A stretch of DNA of 47,713 nucleotides from a virus (IMGVR_UViG_3300037692_000179:1-47713); one strand, 5' to 3'. Shown: positions 19,220-26,621, counted from the first letter of the stretch. The notes: generated from the letters alone by a model not told the origin. Made by a program: numbers and translations.

Positions 19220-19768
19220 ATGCTACCTCTTGCCGACACTCTCGTAGTCTCCGGAACACTCCTCTGCACAGCAGCGCTTCTCTGCGAGGAACTCAAGATC
19301 CACCCTATCCGAGACGCCTTCAACCACTACACCGCGCCTCTCCAGCGCACCACCATAATCAAGGCCCTAAAGCGCGGCCTCGAACTCGAGCGCATCGAAA
19401 AGGAAACGCTCAAGGTGGAGGTCTACAAAAAGGAACTCCTAGAAATCCTTTCCCTCAACAAAATCCCAAATCGCCTTGTCTTCGGAGTCAACCCAATCAT
19501 AGTCTGGGTCCACGAGCGCGACCTCCACACCCTCCGAACTTTCTTCCGAAAGCACTTCGGTTCCTGGACAGACAAGATCGAGAGAACATCCTGCACATCC
19601 TCTATCCTCGATGTCCGCTACAGAGGGACTTCCAAGACCCCAACCTTAATCGAGATCGAAGTAGACTACGACATCGACAACCTTCCACCTGGACTCCTCA
19701 AGCCTGGCTGTCGCTTGGAGAAGGAGGTTGAAACTTATGAAAGCTGCTACATAGTCTGCGAATCATAG
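19220..19768 (+). CDS. Hypothetical protein (182 aa)
   Basis: AAGGA RBS; codon style matches neighbours. Confidence 0.75.
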   Translation: MLPLADTLVVSGTLLCTAALLCEELKIHPIRDAFNHYTAPLQRTTIIKALKRGLELERIEKETLKVEVYKKELLEILSLNKIPNRLVFGVNPIIVWVHERDLHTLRTFFRKHFGSWTDKIERTSCTSSILDVRYRGTSKTPTLIEIEVDYDIDNLPPGLLKPGCRLEKEVETYESCYIVCES

Positions 19769-19828
19769 CAGGGCCGGATTGTCCGGTGCTGGTTCAATCA
19801 ACCCCGTTGAAAAGTAGGGCTGTATTGT

Positions 19829-20320
19829 GTGTCCCCGGCAGCCAGCCCTAAATGCCTAACAGGGGGGAACCCAAAGAACAACAACTTCTTCACCTGGGAA
19901 GGCTTCGGCAAGCTCTGGGAGTGGGTACATAATCAGAAGTGGTGGGATAAGTTTAGAGTCTGTCCTCAAAGATATTATATTGATTGGTCAGACACTTATG
20001 TAAACCCAGAACGCTTCGCTACTGCTGTCTATAACTTCCTCAAAGAAAGGGGGATAAACACAATGAAATGTTTAGAGAACAAATATAGTTCAGCTGTGTG
20101 CAGTAAAGGCACAAAAGGCTGTCAGCAACCTCATATAGGACCTGGTGACTATGTCACATATCACAGCTTCAACAAAACCGAAAATGGAAGAGTGAAAGCA
20201 CTTCACCCTGATGGAACCTCAGCTTGGGTAGTATACCATTGTAATAACAACTGGGATAATTACAAAGACTACACTGGTGCTCTTACGTCTCTAGCAGATC
20301 TTACTAAAGGATGGGAATGA
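19829..20320 (+). CDS. Hypothetical protein, possibly a truncated fragment fused to a small gene starting at MKCLENK
   Basis: AT-richer patch; internal GGGGG-ATAAACA-ATG restart; true start uncertain. Confidence 0.45.
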   Translation: MSPAASPKCLTGGNPKNNNFFTWEGFGKLWEWVHNQKWWDKFRVCPQRYYIDWSDTYVNPERFATAVYNFLKERGINTMKCLENKYSSAVCSKGTKGCQQPHIGPGDYVTYHSFNKTENGRVKALHPDGTSAWVVYHCNNNWDNYKDYTGALTSLADLTKGWE

Positions 20321-20550
20321 TGACTCGCTCACAAAAACAAATTGATCAACGAGACTGGCGCCTACGCCGTGGTCAGATAGCTATGTGTCGTCAACTTATG
20401 TTTAACGTATCAGCAAAACTAAATGTACCATTTCCCATCAACTGGTTCGATGATCTACAAGAAGCAAACAACGCAGATGCTAGAAAAAAGGGACTCAAGA
20501 TAATGACCGAGGAAGAACGTAGACAGAAACTTGCAGACAAGGAGGACTAA
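20317..20550 (+). CDS. Hypothetical protein
   Basis: Overlaps the upstream stop; ends directly before the ligase. Confidence 0.6.
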   Translation: MMTRSQKQIDQRDWRLRRGQIAMCRQLMFNVSAKLNVPFPINWFDDLQEANNADARKKGLKIMTEEERRQKLADKED

Positions 20551-21414
20551 ATGCCCTGGCTTAAACGAGAAGGAGTAATGCTCTGCTACCCTGCCGAGCC
20601 ACACAAAGTCCAGTACCGCCTCGGTGAACTTTTCTTCACCCAACCAAAGCTCAACGGAGAACGCTGCCGAGTAGAGTGGTTCGCAGGACGCCCTGTCCTC
20701 ATGTCCTCTTACGCCAACCACTTCTCCTTCCTCCAGCACATCGAGGAAGAACTCATCCTCCTCGATGGAGGACGTCACCTTAAATACGACGGAGAACTCT
20801 ACGTCCACGGCTGGACTAGGGAGAAGATCCACTCCATTGTCTCCCGCGACACCAACCCTCACCCAGAAACAACCTGGATGGAGTTCCACATCTTCGATCT
20901 CCAAGAAGAATTCCTCCAATTCAAGCGCCTCGCTCTCCTCAAGGCCCTTTTCGAGGAAGGACCCACGACCAACTCCCTCAAGCTCGTCCCAACCTCTGTC
21001 GGCACACCAGAATCCTGGACCGCCGGCCTCGAGGACTACACATCCCAGGGATACGAAGGCATAATCCTCCGTCACATAAACGGAGTCCACGTCCCAAAGC
21101 GCACCTTCCACATCCTCAAGTACAAACCCACGGAGAAGGACGAATATGAAATCCTCGGAACGATGGAGGCGATATCTCAGGACGGTCTTCCAAAGGGCAT
21201 GGTCGGTGCGTTCCTTGTTTCCGGGGACGACGGAACCACCTTTGAAGTCGGAGCAGGGAAACTCAAGCACTGGCAACGCGCCGAACTCTGGGACCGCCGG
21301 GACGAACTCCCAGGCCTCACCCTCGTCGTCAAGCACGAGAAACTCAAGACCATAAACTCCGTCCCTGTCGCCGCCGTCGCTGTCGAAGTCCAGCACTTCC
21401 ACTACCACGGATAA
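20551..21414 (+). CDS. lig: ATP-dependent DNA ligase
   Basis: Motif I QPKLNGER; YDGELY, FHIFD, EGIILR and LKYK motifs; OB-fold C-terminus. Confidence 0.92.
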   Translation: MPWLKREGVMLCYPAEPHKVQYRLGELFFTQPKLNGERCRVEWFAGRPVLMSSYANHFSFLQHIEEELILLDGGRHLKYDGELYVHGWTREKIHSIVSRDTNPHPETTWMEFHIFDLQEEFLQFKRLALLKALFEEGPTTNSLKLVPTSVGTPESWTAGLEDYTSQGYEGIILRHINGVHVPKRTFHILKYKPTEKDEYEILGTMEAISQDGLPKGMVGAFLVSGDDGTTFEVGAGKLKHWQRAELWDRRDELPGLTLVVKHEKLKTINSVPVAAVAVEVQHFHYHG

Positions 21415-21460
21415 CAGCAAAAACGTCAAATTTTGACACAATCACTCGAAAGGACCAACC

Positions 21461-21640
21461 ATGCCAGTATACCGTATCAAGTGCCCCCACTGCACCAAGG
21501 ACATCTCTTCCAACGAGATCTCCAAGACCACAACCGAGTACATTTCTCACCTAGACACCTCTCACCGAGACAAGTTCAACAACATCGTCGCCAACGCCCT
21601 GCGCCAGCACGCCCTCAAAGTCCTCGAACCAGTAATCTAA
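21461..21640 (+). CDS. Small C2H2-like zinc-finger protein (59 aa; not in ORF track)
   Basis: AAGGA RBS; MPVYRIKCPHC...YISHLDTSH. Confidence 0.65.
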   Translation: MPVYRIKCPHCTKDISSNEISKTTTEYISHLDTSHRDKFNNIVANALRQHALKVLEPVI

Positions 21641-21651
21641 GGAGCCAACCC

Positions 21652-21993
21652 ATGCGTCTCTACAAACTTTCCCTTTCCTACGCCAACAACGAGCTCTCTT
21701 TCTCCAAGACCGAGATCTCCCTCAAGTCCGTCTCCCCTTCCAACTTCATCCCTGCCGAAGGCCCAGTCCGTCGCATCCCCAAGGACTCCCTCGACAAGCC
21801 CATCTTCCTCTCCCCTCTCCCCTCCGACATCCACCTTATAATCTACACCTTCGAGCCGGACAAATACCTCGAGGGCCGCACCAACACATCCATCCTCTTC
21901 CACCTTGAAGAGCACCTCTCAATCCAAAACGTCTCCATCGCCAAGATGCGTCTCGGGTACACCAAGGCCGCATTAAAAATGACACAAACTTGA
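21652..21993 (+). CDS. Hypothetical protein
   Basis: AAGGAG RBS; MRLYKLSLSY... Confidence 0.7.
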   Translation: MRLYKLSLSYANNELSFSKTEISLKSVSPSNFIPAEGPVRRIPKDSLDKPIFLSPLPSDIHLIIYTFEPDKYLEGRTNTSILFHLEEHLSIQNVSIAKMRLGYTKAALKMTQT

Positions 21994-22002
21994 TTTTTTA
22001 TG

Positions 22003-22031
22003 TTGACCAGCTCGGACGATCATGGTTTAAT
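22003..22031 (+). promoter_or_regulatory. Sigma70-type promoter
   Basis: TTGACC-17 nt-TTTAAT with TG extension. Followed by ATCATGAAA, as is the 15787 promoter. Confidence 0.65.
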
Positions 22032-22074
22032 GACATCATGAAAAACGAACGCTACCAAACCACCGGAGGACGAA

Positions 22075-22245
22075 ATGCCTGAGTTCCACATCATCCAAGC
22101 GAAGGTAGACCACGAACGCTACCGGAGGTTCCAGCTCCTCAAAACCGACCTTGAGATGACTTGGGACTCCCTTATCACCCACGCTCTTGACACCATGCTC
22201 GAGCGTTTCAACACCAGTGACGAAGAGTCACTACTAACCCCCTAA
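22075..22245 (+). CDS. Ribbon-helix-helix DNA-binding protein (56 aa; not in ORF track)
   Basis: GGAGG RBS; HIIQAKVDHERYRRFQLLKTDLEMTWDSLITHALDTML fits the strand-helix-helix pattern. Confidence 0.7.
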   Translation: MPEFHIIQAKVDHERYRRFQLLKTDLEMTWDSLITHALDTMLERFNTSDEESLLTP

Positions 22246-22258
22246 GGAGGAAAGAACA

Positions 22259-22690
22259 ATGGCAAAACCTGAAGCCCAAGCCCAAGAGCAAGCCCAAGAG
22301 CAAGCCCCGGCTACGGAGACCGAAGAGTCCAAGCGCACCAAGAAGCTCTCCAAAACCTACACCGGCTCCGTTGTCACCATCACTGAGTCCAGCACCGACA
22401 AAACCCTGGTCTTCGACATCTCCACCCTGTCGTCCGAGATTCAGGAAAACCTCAAGATGCACGGTGCGATCCAGAAGCTCGGCGACGCCGCCTCCGGCAA
22501 ATCCGGCCAAGACGCAGTCGACGCAATCCAGACTGTCTGGGACGGCCTGGTAGCCGGCAACTGGACCGTGCGCGCACCGGCGACTCCCAAGGTCACCAAG
22601 TCCGACATCAAGAACAACCTCGAGAACCTTTCCGCAGATGACAAGGCTGCCGCACAGGCCCTGCTCGAGAAGCTCGGCATCAAGCTGTAA
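22259..22690 (+). CDS. Probably highly expressed hypothetical protein, paralogue of 14448-14918
   Basis: TAAGGAGG RBS; own terminator; HGAIQKLGDAA motif. Confidence 0.85.
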   Translation: MAKPEAQAQEQAQEQAPATETEESKRTKKLSKTYTGSVVTITESSTDKTLVFDISTLSSEIQENLKMHGAIQKLGDAASGKSGQDAVDAIQTVWDGLVAGNWTVRAPATPKVTKSDIKNNLENLSADDKAAAQALLEKLGIKL

Positions 22691-22724
22691 CAGCTCAGTC
22701 CCAGTCCACAGCCACTTGCGCTTT

Positions 22725-22769
22725 GCTCCAGGGGTCACCAAGCATCTCTCCGGCCCCTGGAGCTTTTTT
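22725..22769 (+). terminator. Rho-independent terminator
   Basis: GCTCCAGGGG...CCCCTGGAGC-TTTTTT. Confidence 0.8.
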
Positions 22770-22830
22770 CAGAACGCCCCCAGCAACCTACCTGTTGGTG
22801 CCTTCTGGAAAGAGTCCACGGCAACACCAA

Positions 22831-22962
22831 GCCTAACGACAAGCTAACGGGCTTGCGGCCCAGGAGGTAGACAGATGCAACCATGGCAAAAAGACCCGCT
22901 TGGAATTGACAAGTCAAAAACCACAGATGGGAGCAAGTCCGCCGTTGAGCGACTTGTTAAGC
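22831..22962 (-). repeat. attC site 1
   Basis: Minus strand reads GCTTAAC-aagtc-GCTCAACG...CGTTAGC-ttgtc-GTTAGGC, with the canonical extra base in L''. Confidence 0.85.
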
Positions 22963-23162
22963 CGCTGACCCCCTGCAATGCCCAATATTATGCGATTTTG
23001 CGCGAAGCCGATGGAAACGAGGAGAGTATTACCCTGGAGCAAAACTTGGAAGCCCCCTGGGGGGACCATTACCGCGTGGATGTGTCGCTGATGCGGTGGC
23101 GCACAAAAGATAAGCTTGCTGCCTATCTCCGGCAGATCGCTGCCGTGATTGAGGCGGCTTAA
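22875..23162 (+). CDS. Cassette 1 ORF (95 aa); starts inside attC1
   Basis: AGGAGG RBS and ATG lie within the attC loop; the TAA stop is in the next core site. Confidence 0.7.
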   Translation: MQPWQKDPLGIDKSKTTDGSKSAVERLVKPLTPCNAQYYAILREADGNEESITLEQNLEAPWGDHYRVDVSLMRWRTKDKLAAYLRQIAAVIEAA

Positions 23163-23324
23163 CAGCCACTGATAACCGGTGACGGAATACAGAAAGGGGA
23201 TTGACGAAATGATGCCAGATGAAATTTGCGATAGGTGTGACGTTGGGACTTGCGGCGAATGTCCGTATTACGGTGACCGGGCATGCACTGCCGGTTCGCC
23301 ATCCGCTGCACTGGATGGTTAGAT
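23157..23324 (-). repeat. attC site 2 (long, degenerate)
   Basis: GCTTAAC...CCGCTGCAC-tggatg-GTTAGAT; arms are imperfectly matched. Confidence 0.6.
23209..23322 (+). CDS. 37-aa Cys-rich peptide encoded wholly within attC2
   Basis: AAAGGGGA RBS; MMPDEICDRCDVGTCGECPYYGDRACTAGSPSAALDG; TAG stop lies in GTTAG. Confidence 0.5.
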   Translation: MMPDEICDRCDVGTCGECPYYGDRACTAGSPSAALDG

Positions 23325-23348
23325 GGATATTTTTCGACGGAGGGCCGA

Positions 23349-23582
23349 ATGGTTGTTTATCACGTATGTTCATACAAAAAATTGCAACGATACCTGAAAA
23401 CCGGATCAATAACGCCGCCAGTAAGGGCATGGGAAAATATCGAACAGGCCGAGCGAATGAGTAAAAGTACAGGACGTAGACTTATCTTGCGACTGAAATT
23501 TCCCAATAATGCTGAAAAGCTTGAAGGGCATTTCAATCAGGCTCGCGTGTTGCACCAACCTTACAAAATGGATGCCATATAA
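23349..23582 (+). CDS. Cassette 2 ORF (77 aa)
   Basis: GGAGG RBS; MVVYHVCS...; TAA in core site. Confidence 0.7.
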   Translation: MVVYHVCSYKKLQRYLKTGSITPPVRAWENIEQAERMSKSTGRRLILRLKFPNNAEKLEGHFNQARVLHQPYKMDAI

Positions 23583-23682
23583 CGAATAGCGATCAGTGGC
23601 GGCGACGGGACCGCCCAACGAGTGGGCACATTTCGACCTAGCACCCATGTATCACCCGTCCGGGTTCATGCTGGTGTTAGCA
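23577..23682 (-). repeat. attC site 3
   Basis: ATATAAC...GACGGG/CCCGTC...GTTAGCA. Confidence 0.65.
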
Positions 23683-23695
23683 CGGTGAGGCAACT

Positions 23696-24019
23696 ATGGA
23701 TTACTGGAGAGAGTGTATTGAGATTGCCCTTGATGAATGCGGACTGAATGCCACCGACGAGCAGGTAACGTATCTCGTTGATGCCGTCAAAGGTGGACAC
23801 GAAAATTACGGGATGGCCCACGGATACGATTGCGTCCCTGAGCCATCAGAAACTCAAGCCAAGCGCGAGTTGGCCGAGATGAAACGGCAGGCAAGGCAGC
23901 GCGAAGAGTGGAAGCTCTCTACGAAGCCGTGCCGAGCCTGCACAACCACCGGCAGTGTGCGCGATGTATGGGGCCGGGATATGACGTGCCCTGATTGTAA
24001 CGGCAAGGGCCGCGTTTGA
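23696..24019 (+). CDS. Cassette 3 ORF: C-terminal DnaJ-type CxxCxGxG zinc finger
   Basis: CRACTTTG...CPDCNGKG; GAGG RBS. Confidence 0.75.
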   Translation: MDYWRECIEIALDECGLNATDEQVTYLVDAVKGGHENYGMAHGYDCVPEPSETQAKRELAEMKRQARQREEWKLSTKPCRACTTTGSVRDVWGRDMTCPDCNGKGRV

Positions 24020-24020
24020 G

Positions 24021-24126
24021 TGCTAACGTATCTAGCTAAACGGCGACGGGACGACAACACCGTTTAGCAGACTGCTTTCGAGAACCCTCGCTGTATGTTT
24101 CGTCCAATTTCAGCGTTTTGTTATGA
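24021..24126 (-). repeat. attC site 4
   Basis: TGCTAAC..GCTAAACGG...CAATTTCAGC-gtttt-GTTATGA. Confidence 0.7.
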
Positions 24127-24139
24127 GGCATAATCACTT

Positions 24140-24334
24140 ATGGCCGAGGACTACGGGATTGAATATTATCTGAGTGCAGAAGACGAGAGATACCCAACGC
24201 TAGTTTTGCAGAGCGATGATTTTGGAGTTGTTGGGTATTCACTTGATAAATCTACAGGACATCTTCGCAGGGTGTGTATTTGCTCTGCCCATTCTGAGGC
24301 TGAATGCTGCTGCGGCGCATGGGATGCCTTATAA
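24140..24334 (+). CDS. Cassette 4 ORF (64 aa, Cys-rich C-terminus)
   Basis: CICSAHSEAECCCG; TAA in core site. Confidence 0.65.
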   Translation: MAEDYGIEYYLSAEDERYPTLVLQSDDFGVVGYSLDKSTGHLRRVCICSAHSEAECCCGAWDAL

Positions 24335-24413
24335 CGACCAAGATAACCGGCTGCGCTGTGCATCTGGTAAGACAGCGGCTGTTTAACCAGTCCGGTTGAT
24401 TTTATGGTTAGGA
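24329..24413 (-). repeat. attC site 5
   Basis: ATAACCGGCTG pairs with CAGtCCGGTTgAT, leaving the canonical extrahelical G and T on the + strand. Confidence 0.85.
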
Positions 24414-24421
24414 GCAAACAG

Positions 24422-24613
24422 ATGCAGATACCTGTGAACATAGCAAAACTAGCCATTAAAGAGACGCGCCACCCAGGATGCGCTGGGTACGCGATTGACA
24501 CACCGAACGGCACAGAATACGACTGCGCCTATGACACGGTGATAACCTGCGACGAATGCAAATACTGCGTTGGGAGAAAAGACCCTTCCGCAAAACGCAA
24601 CAAGGCACCCTAA
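24422..24613 (+). CDS. Cassette 5 ORF (63 aa, Cys-rich)
   Basis: AGGAG RBS overlaps the GTTAGGA core; CDECKYC; TAA in core site. Confidence 0.7.
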   Translation: MQIPVNIAKLAIKETRHPGCAGYAIDTPNGTEYDCAYDTVITCDECKYCVGRKDPSAKRNKAP

Positions 24614-24709
24614 CGACCCATGGTCTGCGGGCAGGGGCTTTTGATTCGCGTTGCTGCCATTTTCCTAGCCGCTGCCGAGGTGGGCTGTCCGCTAACCCGA
24701 TTGTTATCT
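24608..24709 (-). repeat. attC site 6
   Basis: CCCTAAC..GGTCTGCGGGCAG / CTGTCCGCTAACC..GTTATCT. Confidence 0.7.
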
Positions 24710-24720
24710 CTGGGGGTGCT

Positions 24721-25014
24721 ATGTTTATTGAGGAAATAAAATTATTAAAAGACAAAGCCTTCAGACTAGAAGAAAAAATCAAATTTCTGGAGGAAGTGGA
24801 ATATTGTCTTCGATACGCAGGGCTGACTGGTGTGGTACATGGTGATGCGTCACTAGAGGACTGGAGAGGGTTTGACTTTGATTTATATGAAAAAGAAGTT
24901 GGTTATCCGCTCCAGTTGAAATGGGATAGGAGGTGGATTGGGTTCCCAGAATTATCAGAATATGACCACATGAAAGACAAAATACTGCCGCAATTTTATG
25001 ATTTTAAGAGATAA
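24721..25014 (+). CDS. Cassette 6 ORF (97 aa, AT-rich)
   Basis: GGGGGTG RBS; MFIEEIKLL...; TAA in core site. Confidence 0.7.
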   Translation: MFIEEIKLLKDKAFRLEEKIKFLEEVEYCLRYAGLTGVVHGDASLEDWRGFDFDLYEKEVGYPLQLKWDRRWIGFPELSEYDHMKDKILPQFYDFKR

Positions 25015-25082
25015 CCAAAGAATATGCCGACAGTGCAAGATCTAAAAATAATAATTTGCGCGCTTGCAGCGGTTGGTTAAAT
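25009..25082 (-). repeat. attC site 7 (short; L boxes mismatched)
   Basis: AGATAAC...GCTTGCAGC-ggttg-GTTAAAT. Confidence 0.6.
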
Positions 25083-25096
25083 TACGGAGGTCGAAA

Positions 25097-25288
25097 ATGG
25101 GATTTTTGAGTCGGAGCATCAAAACAGCCGTGAAACTTCCCTTTGCCATGGCGTGGGACTGTATCAGCCTCGGCAATATGGGAGAGGGCACAAGCACAGG
25201 GAAAGTGATTGCGGAGCACCAAGCCGAAAAACAGATAGACGACTGTTTGGAAGTGGTGAAAAAGCTGAAAGATGCTGGAGTAATTTAA
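25097..25288 (+). CDS. Cassette 7 ORF (63 aa)
   Basis: GGAGG RBS; MGFLSRSIK...; TAA in core site. Confidence 0.7.
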   Translation: MGFLSRSIKTAVKLPFAMAWDCISLGNMGEGTSTGKVIAEHQAEKQIDDCLEVVKKLKDAGVI

Positions 25289-25386
25289 CGTCGCCGGTCA
25301 GCGGTTGCACTGAGACGACCGAGAAGCACGGACCTTTTCGGCCTAGCACCGCTGTTGAACAGTCCGCTGGAGTGGTCTTGTTATGT
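25283..25386 (-). repeat. attC site 8
   Basis: GTCAGCGGTTG / CAGtCCGCTGgAG with extrahelical bases; ends GTTATGT. Confidence 0.8.
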
Positions 25387-25565
25387 CAAACTGTGGAGAC
25401 TGTGAGCATATCGGAAAACACGCTTGGGGTTTGCTTCATAACGAAAAAAGCTGCCTCAAAATAAGAGAAAGACAATCTGATTTTGATAGAGGCGCTAAAA
25501 TGTCACGTGCAGAAGCAACTGACATTTTTAGATTCAGGCCCACTGATGGGGTTTTCCCCATTTAG
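25383..25565 (+). CDS. Cassette 8 ORF (60 aa; possibly frameshifted)
   Basis: ATG lies inside the GTTATG core; GGAG RBS in the L box; CGDC motif. Confidence 0.5.
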   Translation: MSNCGDCEHIGKHAWGLLHNEKSCLKIRERQSDFDRGAKMSRAEATDIFRFRPTDGVFPI

Positions 25566-25664
25566 CGATGTTGAAAAGTGTCGGTATTTTTCAAAGGCAT
25601 AACATAGGGGTACCATGCTCCACCAACCCCACAGTCCGCGACTTAAAAAGGAGGACGTAACCAA

Positions 25665-26621
25665 ATGCCAGAACCCACCAGTACTTCTCCCACCGAGCTA
25701 CGGCTCGACAACACGAAGCGATCCTGCTTCAACACCTGCCGACGAAAGTTCTACTGGCAACACATCCGAGGCCTCAAGCCCGAGTTCGGCTCCACTGCAC
25801 TCCGCTTCGGAACCACCTGGCACGGTGCCCTCGAAGGCTTCTACTCCCACATCAAGGAACATGGCTGGTCCGAGGATGGTAAGGCAATCCATGCAGCCTG
25901 TGACCTCGCCAAGAAAGAGTGGGACAAGGAAACCTCGAAGCAAAACTTCGCGACTGACTACCGTACCTTCGAGCAGTGCATGACCATGTTCCTCCAATAC
26001 ACAAACCACTACGTTGGAGACAAAGGACTCCTCAAAGTTATCGAGACCGAACAAGTCTTCGCGTACAAGATGGAGCTCGACGAGTTCCTCCACGAAGACA
26101 TCCTCTTCCCATACCTCGTAGACACCAACCTCTTCTTCACCGGCAAGATCGACCTCCAAGTCATGTTGTCCGGAATCCGCTGGATGGTCGAGCACAAGAC
26201 AACCTCCCAAAGCCTTTCCACCCAGGTCCTTCGCCTGCACCGTACTCCGCAGATCAAGGGTTACTGCTGGGCCAGTGACAAAGTCCACGACTTCCCTGTC
26301 GAAGGTTGCCTAGTCTCCTTCGCCCATTGCACATCCAGGAAAAGTCCCAAGACAGACGAGTATGGTAAGGTAACAATGGACTTTGCTCGCACTCCACAGA
26401 TCTTCTCCGAAGCCGACCTCGAGCAGTGGCGCATTTCATTCCTCTCCACCGCAAACGAAGTCGCCCACGAGATGCAACGAAACCTCTGGCCCATGTGCGA
26501 AGACTCCTGCTACAACTACGGCCCCTGTGCTTACTCCATGCTGTGCGAGCAAAACGTCCCTATCGACAGCGTAAACACAGCTGGCTACATTTACGATCCT
26601 TGGGATGTGGAGGCGGAGTAA
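25665..26621 (+). CDS. PD-(D/E)XK exonuclease (Cas4/RecB-like, Fe-S Cys)
   Basis: FNTCRRKFY, FGTTWH, TGKID..VEHKT, Q..GY, and C-terminal C..C..C. Confidence 0.88.
   Translation: MPEPTSTSPTELRLDNTKRSCFNTCRRKFYWQHIRGLKPEFGSTALRFGTTWHGALEGFYSHIKEHGWSEDGKAIHAACDLAKKEWDKETSKQNFATDYRTFEQCMTMFLQYTNHYVGDKGLLKVIETEQVFAYKMELDEFLHEDILFPYLVDTNLFFTGKIDLQVMLSGIRWMVEHKTTSQSLSTQVLRLHRTPQIKGYCWASDKVHDFPVEGCLVSFAHCTSRKSPKTDEYGKVTMDFARTPQIFSEADLEQWRISFLSTANEVAHEMQRNLWPMCEDSCYNYGPCAYSMLCEQNVPIDSVNTAGYIYDPWDVEAE

Larger units (their letters stand above)
22831..25603 (-). mobile_element. Integron-type gene-cassette array without integrase (CALIN-like): 8 attC sites, 8 cassettes
   Basis: Eight TAAC...GTTA imperfect inverted repeats alternate with small ORFs. 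The cores flanking each ORF are mutually complementary. Confidence 0.85.

Noticed and set aside
22831-25603. CRISPR array or REP-type repeats
   Set aside because: The repeats are not identical direct repeats and the intervening DNA consists of whole ORFs. The structure fits attC sites.
25665-26621. Cas4 as evidence of a CRISPR-Cas locus
   Set aside because: No other cas genes and no array. The context (Sak4-like ATPase, SSB) indicates a recombination exonuclease.
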